From positions 27,689,561-27,753,560 of the forward strand of contig OZ316891.1 of the NCBI GenBank assembly GCA_973895155.1: 64,000 nt of DNA, given 5' to 3'. The notes below the pieces were generated by a model. It was not told the DNA's origin. It saw nothing but the letters and a program-made list of their open reading frames with translations, and ran no database searches. The DNA is from Marsupella aquatica. Taxonomy: Eukaryota > Plantae > Marchantiophyta. A program made the position numbers and the translations under genes. Below are positions 15,347 to 27,565 of the stretch, in pieces. Each line of letters begins with the position of its first letter. Position 1 is the stretch's first letter.

Positions 15347-17502
15347 GTTTTTCCTGTCGTCGTGACCAATACATAACCCACCCGAGATCAAGTCAGTATC
15401 CTTCACAAAGAGCTACACAGAATGCGACTACCCACCATTCCTTCGAATCCAGCCTTGACAATTCGGACGATGAAAACAAACCCACCTATCTTAACTTTTC
15501 TGTCAAATTTCATTCAGTTCTTAGGTATACCATTCCTTTTCATGTACAATGGCATCTTTACGATATACATGCGGTTACTGTTAGAACCATTCCGTTACTC
15601 CGAATTGTTAGCATTTACAATGGCACATGACGGGTGGGTGGATGGATGCTTGTGAGATGATTTGACACTCACGGAAAGATACGGTCAACAACATCTTTTC
15701 CTGTGCCATGGGATTCATCGCCGCCACCAAGGTATAGTTTCATTGAGCTTAAAAGGTGACAAAGGCAGGTGTGATCACGAGATCTTCAATCACGATTACA
15801 ACGGAGTCTGAGACATCACTGCAAATGCAAACAAACGGCATTCAAAGCTATACAACTGGATTCACATCCTAACTTGTCACAGGCACAACCACAGCATGAA
15901 GATCCCCCACACCAATAACCCACGACGGGTCCCATCCCATCCCATCCCATCCCATCTCAAGAAAATTCCATCTCCAGGGATTCATCCTGATGTGATCAGA
16001 TTGTGATTGGAGAAATGCCATGGGTCATTGATCTGTGATTCGTGTGAGTGGTGCTGACCCGCATTGAGTGAGATCTATGCGAGAGATCCACTTTTGAGAT
16101 TATTCAATTCCATGGTGCTTTGATTCTCTGGATGTAGATCGGGTGTAGCCTCCCAAAACCTTGTTTGGGGGCAAGCGCAGTTATCATCGAGAAAAATCCA
16201 GGAAATGGAATAACCTGAAGAACTTACGATGAGAATCTCGAGGGTTAGTCCTCAATCCTGTTGAGAACCAACCCACCGCGGGCGGGCGAGCCTCTCTACA
16301 ATCTCTCCGTTGAAAATGTCGCCTTTGCTTCCACTGTTGTCGATGCTGCTGTTTCTGCGTTTGTGATTCCGAAAAACAACTCCACATTCCTCGCGAAGAA
16401 CACCCCTCTAGTTCACTGTACTCCGCTTTGCTTCCTTATTTGCATCCTTCCTTCCTGCGTCACCACGCACCCAACCGCGTCCGGAACTTCCTCTCTTCTC
16501 CACAATCTCTTTTCTTGCATGAGCCTCGTCTAGGACCAATTGCTGTATGGTCCACAGTGCCACGAGGCCATGACGTGACGCCCCCTGTCCAAAGCAAAGG
16601 GGAGAGCAGAGCAGATCAAAGGAAAGCCTCCACAGTATGAGCCCGACCCAAGTCCCGAGGCGAGATCTTCCGAAACCTGTGGAACGAAAGAACGCAGCGA
16701 GATGATGCAGAGAAAGTGAGATTCGGGTTCATACGTGATGGAGGACGACGACAGGGAACATTAGAACAGGCTACCATAGGCCAGACAAGGAAAGACAAGG
16801 CGAATGCGAGCAGGATGATTGGGACTGGAAGGCAGGAAAGAAATCAGAGAAGGAAAACGAGGAAGAGGAGCAGGGAAACAAATAGGCAGACGAGGGGAAA
16901 AACCAAGGAAGGGCACGCGAGACAGAGCCGGCCGAAACGTCAAGACAAGACAAGAAATGCGGTGAAGGGCGGGGCAATCAGGCTACAGACATATAAAGTA
17001 TACAGTAACAGAAAATAACTATAAAGAAAGAGAACTCCGTGGGTGGGCAGGATTGAGATGGCGGGAGGCACAACACCAACAGTGCAATGCATTCAGCTGC
17101 TGGTCCACGACAATGAACGATTCAAGAAAACGTCGCAGACGACTCTGAAATAGACATCCTGGTCTACCAATTCTCGAAGAAGAGAACGATGGAATGGAAC
17201 ACGGAAGGAGGATTGGTGGAAGCGTTGCAAAAGTTTAATGGTCCAGTATGGTGGAGAGAGAGTTGATACGAAATATGGAATCTCTATTATCTCTCTTACC
17301 TCTCTTATCTTCTACAGTCAGTACCTATCTGTCTGTCCTTTCGGTATGGCGATTGAAATGAAAGTAGGAGAGACTGAAATCAGAAGCAAAGGATGAGGAG
17401 CACGAGACAGACCGAGTCACGCAAGAGCAGGTGCGGAATCCAACAAGTGGAAGCAACAATTTCTTCTTCTCTGCCTCCTTTACGTTTCAATGCTGACCTC
17501 TT

Positions 17503-17504
17503 TC

Positions 17505-17538
<34 letters not shown>
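17503..17538. repeat. (CT)n microsatellite
   Basis: tctctctctctctcgctctctctctctctctctctc. Confidence 0.9.
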
Positions 17539-18740
17539 AGCCAGCAATCACCGCGAAGCACAGCCAACCACAACAGCAGACCCCCACAAATCACTTCTTA
17601 ATGGTTATTAACTACTAACTGCCCCCTGCTCCAGCCAAGCCAAGCTTGTATGGCATTAGTCTTATCTTCTTTTGGAGTCAATTAATCTTTAAATGCTCCA
17701 TCATATCAGTCCGTCACTCTCACTTACGTCTCCATCTATCTATCAATCAACCTGATCTTACTTTAACTCTCTCCTCTCCTCTCCTCTCCTTTGAGTTACA
17801 CTTGTCCATGGCCCCACCATGCAATGAACCCCTCAATGGCGTCCACCACTATCTATCTCGCTCTCTCGCTCTCTCGCTGCTCTTAGTCCTAATCACATCC
17901 CATCGAATGGGCCTCTCCTTACGGTAGTCGCCTTCGCTACATATCATTCCCCTGCTCTCTCCAGATCTTTGCTTGGCTTTTTGATGTCATTGCAATAGAT
18001 TGGATTCCTTGCTAGTTTACTACAATAATAAATTGTTGCTCTGTGACTACAGTAGTTTGGGCAGCAGCAGGCAGAGGGTGCCCCTTAGAAATGGCCCAGC
18101 AGAGAAGCCGCATCACCATCCGTCAGCCGTTGAGGTTGCTTTGTGGGTTGCGTTGTGCGTGTATCATCATCGCCGATTCTCAGCATCATGACGAGGCCTG
18201 ATCTCCTTCTATCAAAAACTGCGCTGGTCCTGTCATCGTTCATTCACATTAACCCCTTCCCTTTCTTGAGTGCCGTCTAGCCTCCTCATCTCTCCACCTG
18301 TCCACGCACAGACCCCACCGCCCATCAACTCCATGCCCTGGACAATTGGCACCCACCCTTTTAACAACAACTCCGACCAATCTGCTCCCTTTGGCAAAAG
18401 CCTACCCTAGCAGAGCAGAGCAGAGGTCAACAAATTGTCTCTCTCGTCGGTTCTGTGAAGAGATTCAAGAGAATGATCGTTCCACCAAAAGCTCCAAAAC
18501 CGAAAACTGAGGAGCGACTGGATTTGACTCCTACGCATTGGTCACCGCACTTGTCGTCGTCGTTCCTTCGTTCATCTCGCCTGCAGCGTGCCCCACCACG
18601 ATCCCCACCACGATCCCCAAATCCATCATTGTTTACTAGAGCGCACCTTTCTTCTTCATCGTCCTCGCTTCCTCCTCCTCCTTCTTCTCTCCTCTCGTCG
18701 CCATTAATTCCGTCCTCTAGATTTGCACCCGCCCCATCGC

Positions 18741-18794
18741 TCCGTCCGTCCGTCCGTCCGTCCGTCCATCCGTCCATCTATCCGTCCTGTCCGT
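18741..18794. repeat. (CCGT)n microsatellite
   Basis: tccgtccgtccgtccgtccgtccgtccatccgtccatctatccgtcc. Confidence 0.85.
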
Positions 18795-20289
18795 CGGGCC
18801 TGCGTTTCGTACCGCCCTGCCCAGCCCTGCCCTGCCCGAGTGCCCGGCCCCACCATTCGTTTGTTTGTCTCTTTCTTTCTTTGTTTCTCTTGTTTCGAAC
18901 CGAAATACTTTCCTCGCGTAAAGGAGAGTATAGTATTTGTTTTATTGAACGAAATGCTTAATTACGGGACATTAGTGTGCTTAATTATGGCACATTAGAC
19001 TCGATTACCCGTTCTTTGAACTTAAATAATGAAAAATATAATAAAAATGTCATCAAAATATATTATTTATTCATATGTTTTGAAAATTAATAAAATGATA
19101 AAAAAATTATCAACATATATTATCATTTTAATAATCATATATAATATATTATTATACCTTTTTATTATCCTGTCCCCCAAATTAGTCTAATTTCATAACC
19201 TGCCTCCCAAATAAATTAAATTGCTAAGTTGCCTCCCATTCCGTAGATTCATTTAGGCATACCCAGTACATGGTCCCTGGTGCCACATGGCAAGTCGCCA
19301 CTGGTCCGGGCTAAGCCCTGCCCCTCTACCCCTTCCCCATCGAGGCACTCCCATCGCCGGCCCGAACAGAGCCAGCCCGAAACAAAGCCCTCTTTTCTAT
19401 GCACATCCCACTTTCAGTTTTTCTATCACACTTATGCACATATAATATGGTGGGGTCGTAGAGATCAGTTTTTAGTATAAATAGAAATCATAACAACATG
19501 TAGTCATGATTATCATTGGACATGACATACATCATAGACATCAATTTTCTCATGCACATGATGAGCTATGGAGTTACGGTCTAGAAGCTTCACTCTAGTA
19601 ACCTAGACCCCAACTCTAGCTTGTAGTTGGAGATTTATAAGTAAGATGGGGAATCATGCCCGTGTTTTATTTTAAGAACCTAACCCCCCAATTGCTCATG
19701 ATGCTTGACCTGCCCCTACACAGTTTTTATTTTCAACTTGACCCTCATTTATGTCAAAATGCCAAAAGACAAAAGGCACCTAAGTGGGAAATATGATCAC
19801 TCAGGCAAAAGACCCTATCCAAGGCCTAACAACCAAAAAAGCAAAAAGGACATGAGTAAAAGCCCAGTACAAGAACAAGAGACCCAAAAAACCTAAACTT
19901 TACCTATTGGCAAACTGAGGAGCTTGATATGGGAGCTATTAGCATATGGGTTTAGTTAAAAGTGTAGGCTCACCCAAGGTGGAGCATGATGGACCGTGGA
20001 GTCTGATTGGTGGCCCTTCACCTTGTCTCTGCATTCACTTCTTTTTGGAACAGGCCTTCACATCCATAAGAGATATATTTGATGGACCTCCAAAGTGAAA
20101 AGTATAGTTTGATGTATTTTATGAGTGATTCAAATCTTAATAAACCTTAAATCAACATACCCAAACTTTCATGGGGTCTCATGTGATACATGAACATGGG
20201 GATCAACACTTTTCAATTTAATTGTTTGTCAAATATACCTCTTTACCAGCCCATTCTACCTCTCATTTCATCACTGACTCCATGGTGCA

Positions 20290-20725
20290 CCATGGTACCC
20301 AGAATAGATGATTCCGGGATCCGACAACGAAATCGAAACTGAGCCGTCGATACGGTATCGTACGGTTATCGGGGCGTGCTCCCTGACTGTAGTGAGGGTT
20401 CGTACCGGGGTACGTGTAGTACGGTTAGTACTGACCGTACTGACCGGAGTAACAGTGAGTTGAGGAAATCATTTTGTCAAAGAAAGGAAGGGAACCCACG
20501 GGTACGCACGCTTTCGCTGCCCCTGCCCGGGCCCGGGCCCGCAAACGGCCTTCGTTTCGTGAGGCGCGATGCCCGGGCTCGTGCCCTGGCCCTGACCGCG
20601 ACGCCCTTCCTCGCCAGGCCCTGTATACCGAGAAATATAGTGTGGCCTGCATCCGGCTCGCCGTTCCCGGTACCGGTCGCCGGTACCGGCATCTGCGCCC
20701 GGTTTACGTGATCAGACGAATTCAT
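20290..20725. promoter_or_regulatory. CpG-rich island with ten GTAC cores (candidate SBP/SPL-bound cis-element)
   Basis: GTAC at 20295, 20360, 20402, 20410, 20419, 20428, 20437, 20502, 20670 and 20683; flanks are CpG-poor. The regulatory role is inferred. Confidence 0.4.
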
Positions 20726-23559
20726 GGGGAACTATGTCCATTATTATTGTGAAGTGGTTGTTGCCCCTTTTTGGGAATGGGCGGAATTCATTTCATGGTG
20801 CTATTGGGGTCATTGTAGCCTGCAAGGAAAAAGTTAAAAAATACTCTCACAAGTAAAAAATTTAGTCACATGACCCCTAATTTTTCTATATCCAATTTTC
20901 CAGCTAACAACAACCTGGTTGATAACTAATATTTTTTGGACTCCTCTTTTTGCTAGCCAACTCGCTAGCCATCTGGAGTCATAAACAAACACAAAAAATA
21001 TAAAAGGCAGCAAAAAGCAAAAAACACTAAAACCATTAGTGTCTCAATAACAACACTTTTCTCACTAACAAAGTTCCTGTTTGCTTGCATATACAATACC
21101 TGGCTTTGTTAAGCCCGTGGTTGTCTTTCCCACCTGTTGCCTCAAAACTTGCCGCTACCCAGAGCCAAGGTCTAGAGGTATCACTAACTTGGCACAAGTT
21201 GGAAGGATTTTGGCACAGCAGGAAGGAGAAGTTGTGGACCCTTAAGGTTGCTACAAAGTAGCCACCCGGTTTTCTGCAGCACTGTGGCTGTGGTGCTCCT
21301 ACTAGGAAGTGGATGTGACCCAGTGGGGGACACACAAGGATTGCAGGGAGGGCACTAACAAGTTCCTTCCAAAAGAGGGGACCTCATTAGGATTCTTTTT
21401 CCCTGGAGGGACCCATTTATTTGGCTTTGTTTTCAGTACTATTGTGAATTTGGAATTGGATGGGTGTTGCAGTACTGTAGAGGGCATGCATGATGATCAT
21501 GGCTAAATGACTTCACGTACTGTCCTTTAATTCTATTGAATAATTACGCCCCACTGTCCTCCAACTTTTCTTCTTTGTTTTGAAGGATTAGTTTCAAGTA
21601 GAGCATATTGAAAAGGGGTCTGAAGACGTGGACAACAGCTTTTCCTATGTTTTTGCAACGAGAGAAGGAAAACGTGGACACTTTGTTGGGTACCTATATC
21701 AACTTACCTTTTCCTGTAGAGTGATCTCCATATAACATTACAAGTGGACCAAGACTAGGTGTCTAGTCAGATCCCTCTTAGTGACCCTCCTGTGCAATTT
21801 ACTCTGGAGGGCTTTAGTTTGTTTGTCGTTAGGACTCTCCGGCCCTCTCCGGCTCTTAGGCTCGTTGGTCTCCCAAGATTTTCCTTTGCTTTCCCCTTTT
21901 ATTGAGTTTCTTGCCTTCAGGGTCCTGTCTCTTGCTATGGCAGTGTTTGCTCTTGGGCAGTGTTTTATATAGATTTGGTTTCAAGTACATGAGCTATAGC
22001 TGTACCATAGTGTTTTATATTCCTCAGAACGATGTCCTTTGGAGCGTCCTTTCCCATTCATCCCATGTGGAGAAATTAGCTCCATGGGGCACCCTACAAG
22101 AAACCAGCTTAGTGAGGTCCACTTATTTGCTACTTTTTCATGGGTCTTAAGATTCGTGTGTGGTGCAGACAGTGCTTATAACCAGCACTCAATGTGTCCT
22201 AGAAGAAGGAGAAGTCAGAACTTGTGCTGAGCTCTCTCCTGTCCCTCCCCCTCTCCCCCCCAAAAAAAGCAAAACAAACAAAACAAACTGAAGCCTGCCC
22301 AAAATCCCAATGCCTCTACCTCTCAACATTTCGCAGCAGAGGTTAGGGAGAGTATGTTTACCACCCTGCACCCTACAAGAACCTTGCCATCCACCAAAGA
22401 AGTATTGCAAAATTTTGTTTAGCCAAGCTAGTGTATATCATGATTCTCTCTCAATTTCAAGAACGATTACATTTCTTGGCACGTGGTTTTTTATTAATGC
22501 CACTGGAAAAGTTGGGAAGACTTCATACTTCATTCATATGTCTTGTCCTTTTGGAATCAACCCAAAATAGTGTCATGTCCCCAAAATAGTGTCATGTCCT
22601 TGCGGAATCAACCTTTTTCCCAGGACATGACACTATTTTTATACCTTAATCTACTATTTGGGTTCATTTAAAACTTCTTCCAGGAGAATGCCATCTGAGT
22701 TTAAACAATATTCCAAAACGGTAGGTGCCAGTTTGGACGGTCTATCCAAGGACCATGACAAACGTTAGGGTCGATGGCACACTCGGTTTCAATATATAAT
22801 AAAGACTCCGTACCAAAAACAGAACTGACAAAAAAGGGGAACAAAAATTGTAGAATAACGAAATTACAGTATGTGATATAAATATAAATAATTAATAGAA
22901 AGCCCCAATAAAACGATCAGCATGACGCAAACTGGAATTTCCTTGCTAGCTCTTGCCCGCGGGCAGCACCCAAACTGGAAACTGGAGCCCGAATGATTGA
23001 ACCTAGTTCCGTACAGTGACACGTGTATGTAGGGTTAACAATGCAATAAAATAATGCCACGCACCAGAGTGGGGATCATTGTGTCAGAGAACGAGAGGGC
23101 CCACAGAATGATGAGTTTTGTATTTTGTTCTATTATATTATTGTTTGTTACTATAAAATGTGTTTTCGTGAGCGTCTCAAAATTCATAGCGATTAACGTG
23201 TAAGTTATGGGTTCATAACAAAAACGCTGTGTATTTGGAATCAGTGGTTATCAGAAACAATTTGTTTTATTGAGGGATTGAGATACCCTATTAGCCCAAT
23301 GCCCATCCAATGCCCCAAGTGGTTAAGAGGAATTGTTATTCAGAGAAAATAATGTCAAAGGGAAATTGTTGTGGTTGCCAGAAAATTGTGCTTACTACTT
23401 GAACAGCATTGTCAAGCACAAACTTTGTTGAGTGGAAACCTTTGTGTGGCAGAAGTGACGTTGCTCTTGCTGTTATGAAATTTTTGTTGTGATTCAAGTT
23501 TTTCCTTTGCGGCTATGTTGTCAATGCAGATGACAGAAAAAACAAAACAGGCCCTCCAC

Positions 23560-24335
23560 CATCAGGAGTAACAGACGCCTAGACCACTGAGTCCAAGCCA
23601 CCCTCATGTTCAATCTGAGTTCCCTCCAGATTTTAATCTGGATTCCTACTTCTGTAATCCTAACCTTTTCCTTCTCCAGAGAGCATCGAGCCTTCCACAG
23701 ATGCCAATTCATAATCCCCCTGATTATCTGCCACAGTTTAAGTGGAGTTCTCGAAGTGGTTCTGGATAGCGGTGCCCCAATGATCGCCTGAGCAGCATTC
23801 ACAGAGAATCCCGAGTTTCCCATCACCCTCTGTACCAACTTCGTCAGCCAGTTCCAGATCCTCTTAGATTCCCCACAACTCCATTGACAGTGAAGGGAGT
23901 CTTCATGCAGATTTCTTTCACATCGACCACACCACCATTCTGCATCATTTCGAGAAAAAGGAATAATTGCCCCATGCTAGTTCTTTCGAGTAGAACGCCT
24001 ACCAATGAAGTGCTTAGTGGCGAAAATCCGATGAGCAATCTGCCACAGGAAAAAATTCAGCTTCATCTCCCGATAAGGTTTCCAAACGTTTCTCCAAATA
24101 ACCGAATCAGAAGGCACCATACTCATTTCATTCCGCCACTTGTGCAACCCAATCACATCCGATGTCTCCCGATCCTGAAATAATTTTCTGATACTAGCAG
24201 TTGAGGCATGAAAGAACTCTCTTCCATCCATCCACACAAATTGGTTAGTGACACCCACAATTTCATCCTGACTGCCTTTTAGTCCGATCACCAATGCCGT
24301 AGTTTCTCTTGTGGTTAAAATGCCACTGGCCAATT
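23560..24335 (-). mobile_element. 5'-truncated L1-clade LINE fragment (ORF2 C-terminal zf-RVT region)
   Basis: One frame with a single TAG at 23977-23979: WRNVWKPYREMKLNFFLWQIAHRIFAT...WCGRCERNLHEDSLHCQWSC..SKRIW...WHLWKARC. This is the CxxC-H-C and W-x-xW pattern of plant L1 ORF2 ends. Confidence 0.85.
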
Positions 24336-26319
24336 TTATTGAGTGTGAAAGGCCATACATATGCCCTATTGATAATCACACATCAAAATATGATAATATA
24401 ACACTCTGAATTAAATAAAATAACTACATTTGTCATGGTACGAAGAGATGTCATGCACAATATATATCATATTTTGATGTACAATTACCAGACCTTTGCA
24501 TGGAGAACCTTGAGTCCCCTTCAAGAACCCAGATGAACGGTCCCACCCTAAATATTCCTGGGAGTGGGGCTGTTTGGTGTGCACCCTTGGGGAGTGCTCA
24601 AAGTGCTCATGGCTCACAAAAAACATTTCCAGGGGCAGAGAAACAAGGCTCAGAAAAAAAAAAAAACCGTTTAAGACGGTATTTCTGCATGGCGAACAAA
24701 ATTTAAGTCCAAGAGGAACAATACGGCCGGAATTCCGCCAGGTGGACGGATGAGAAACGCAGGTAGCCATCTCACTGAAATACCGGGTGACCGTAGTGGT
24801 AGGTGACCGGGGCAGCAAGTCTCTGCCCTTCGACATTTCGTTGGCTTCTCTGAATCTCTTCTATTTCTGGGGCAGAGAGTCAAAACAATCAATCAATCAT
24901 ACTTGCCTGCCCGCCGTTGCAATGTCGTACGGAGGACAGTTATGAGATCCATGCCAGGTGGTACATTGAAGTCATCCACGTGTATGCTCCGAGTTCTACT
25001 GCAATTGCGTCGTTGACACCTGTCGATCAGGTGTTTTTTGAAACATGGGCAAAAAACTGTGCACCCTGCCCATGGGGATAATTTGTAACTAATTTCTTTT
25101 AGATTAATTTGTGGTCGTTAGATCTCTCTAGATTAAATATAATCGTCAGATACTGACTAATGGGGTTTGTGGAACTGGCTCATCCGATACATTTTCATTG
25201 AGGTAAAATTTGGCAGATTGTCTCCACTAACACAAATGCCCCAACAAGGAATGGCAGTTTCCCCATATAAGCCTCAAGTCTCCATGACCCCAACTTTACA
25301 AGATATTGGGGGCGCTAGTGACTTTATTTCACCAAAGCAAAGGAGAGTGCCACTTCATGTGTTAAAAAATACATCCCACCCCCAAAAAGAAATTATTAAA
25401 GACGTGGCCGGATGTTGTACTTGTTTTGCCACCAAAGCAAACTGGAGAGCCACTTTTTGTTTTAAGTGGGACTTTACCTGAATTAAAGGACACCAAACAA
25501 TTGAGCAATCCCTTCCTTTTGTTTTTTGGAACTCATAAAAAGGGCTCATATCAAGTGACCAATCCAATTTGGCTTTACAAGAAGTTGAGAGGTCACTTCT
25601 ACTGGACTTTGCCCAATTCAACATAGACGGGAGCAGTCACCCAAAATGTTTATGTGGATATTGTATTTTTGGCCAAAGTTTAGACCCCAGCTAAAGATGG
25701 TTTTTGAAAGTCTCAGTCTCTTCTCATTCTGTCAAAGAGTAATAGCATAGTGTTATCCCAGTTTTGTCCAGGGCCTGAGCAAGAATAATAATTATTTTTC
25801 ATTTTGAAAATTCACCCGAGGCCAGAATATTATCCGGGTTTCCAGGCCGCGTGCAAGATAAAGTTGTCTTTGAAAACCAGCATGGACCACATTTCCCAAA
25901 GTTTGAGGTTCATCTTGGTATTCATAAATTCAATTTTAAATTTTTTTGAGGATATGCTAGAGTAATATGCTAGCAATGTGTCCAATATGGTGGTCCATCT
26001 CTACTTCAGTTTCATTTATTCTCTTGTTTTTCATATTTTATTTAATAAACAGTATATACACTGAAAAGACAGTGTCTACACCAGGAGGCTTAGAATATTC
26101 TTAAAATTTACATGAGAAATCTATCTTGAGGATTCACAATGACCCCAAAAATTTAAGATAGACTCCAGACCCAAAATCTTACAAGAAAATGGGGGACTTT
26201 GACGTTTGTTGCCACAGCAACAGAAAGGCCACTTCTTTAAGATTGATACTTGACCAAAATTCTATTTAAATGAGGGTCCAATAAATGCAAATCCCTCAAA
26301 TGAAGCAGCCAAACTTTGG

Positions 26320-26474
26320 AAATGTTGATGGACCCCCAAAATGCAGAGTGTTTCTTGATGGACCCATGAGTGATCTAGACCATTGATAGATCTCAACTCA
26401 ATGTCCCCAAAAGCTCATGGGGTCTATCAAGTAATACATTTCAATTTAGGGGTCCATCATTCCAAGTATATCTC
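26320..26474. mobile_element. MITE-like element with ~50-bp terminal inverted repeats
   Basis: tgatggacccccaaaatgcagagtgtttcttgatggacccatgag is matched inversely by ctcatggggtctatcaagtaatacatttcaatttaggggtccatca. Confidence 0.65.
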
Positions 26475-27081
26475 TCAATGTTAGACCACCTCCTGTGATC
26501 TAAAGTTGTACGCAAATAAGCACTTAACATCAGCATTTAAATGTGGGCCCACCTGTTTGCCGTGTGGGGTTGGGAGAACATCAATATTATTTTAAGGTTT
26601 CACAAATGGCCCTCAAGTTCTTGTAAAGTCAACTGCAGTCTTTTCCACTTGATACATAGTCCTCGTGAAAAGAAGACATGTTGTAAAGCCACCCTAAAAG
26701 TGCATTAACAGGGATTTTAAGCAACTCTTGTGTTTACTAAGGGGACTCAAGTAGTGGTTTACAGGGACTAATTGCATGGAAAAAATTCATAGCAAATATA
26801 TGAATGGAGAGGTTTCCGCTCAAGCCAGTTGGCGCCTTGAGATTTCCCTTCATGTATACTGTAAATTTCAGTCAAAGAGTACTGTTCATACTTACTCCCT
26901 AGAGTGAAGCCATAGGGACAAATGATGCAGCACTCAAACTTTGAAGCTTATACAAAAGCTCAAGATGAAACTCTTTTTGGGAGAATAAAATCTCTTTGAC
27001 TATAAATCCATATCATTTTAGTCAAAGTGCACAGATTATAGATCATGCACAGATTATAGATCATGCGTAAAGCTTAGAAAT

Positions 27082-27360
27082 TGTCGACAAATGGACCATT
27101 CAGACACAACGTGCGCATAAGAAACATCCAACAAACAAATAGTCTACACAAGAGATACATGATTCACCTCTCTAGATGTTACATGGCCGGGACGTACAAG
27201 AATGTTTGATTGCACTGTAGGCCCGTTAGTCACTCGGTTAGTCATACCAAGTCTCTGTAATACTCGCTCACACTCTCTCTTAGTCACCTGTATAATAATG
27301 AGTATAAGTTCCACTCAAAAGCTAACTTCTGTTTGTGCGTATACTAAGTAACATATCTAA
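27082..27360 (+). mobile_element. Degenerate LTR-like copy related to the 55091-55435 solo LTR
   Basis: acaagagatacatgattcacctc..gttacat..cgggac matches acaaagagatacgtggttcacctcc..gttacatccacgggaac; cataccaag is also shared. Ends are approximate. Confidence 0.55.
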
Positions 27361-27385
27361 CCTTGATTAAGTACTTGACTACGAT

Positions 27386-27565
27386 GAGACATATGCTTAG
27401 TAGACCCCCTTCTGGAAAAAGTTTGCTTAATCAACCTACTTGATACTTTTCTCCTATCTGGACCGTTGATGGACCTTTCGATCTCAGATCTGGACCGTTG
27501 ATAGACCTCAGGGGGTCGATCAAGTAACAAGTTTTATTTTGGGGGTCGATCAAGCAAAATACCTC
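27386..27565. mobile_element. MITE-like element with GAG-starting TIRs, same style as 26320-26474
   Basis: gagacatatgcttagtagacccc ... ggggtcgatcaagcaaaatacctc inverted ends; a lone similar end occurs at ~56446. Confidence 0.55.

Noticed and set aside
18427-18998. Overlapping 91-168-aa ORFs rich in P/S or G/D/R
   Set aside because: They arise from low-complexity CT and CCGT repeats and show no recognisable domain.
20376-20752. Four overlapping ORFs in the GC island
   Set aside because: Open frames on both strands reflect high GC content; there are no protein-like features or splice context.
24785-24840. tRNA-like TAGTGGTA ... TTCGA boxes
   Set aside because: Spacing is too short, there is no acceptor or T stem, and the 7-nt loop lacks U33.
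24899-25115. U1 snRNA-like start ATACTTGCCTG with a downstream AATTTGTGG
   Set aside because: It mismatches the invariant ACTTACCTG, lacks the U1 loop I and II sequences, and the Sm-like site is ~80 nt too far away.
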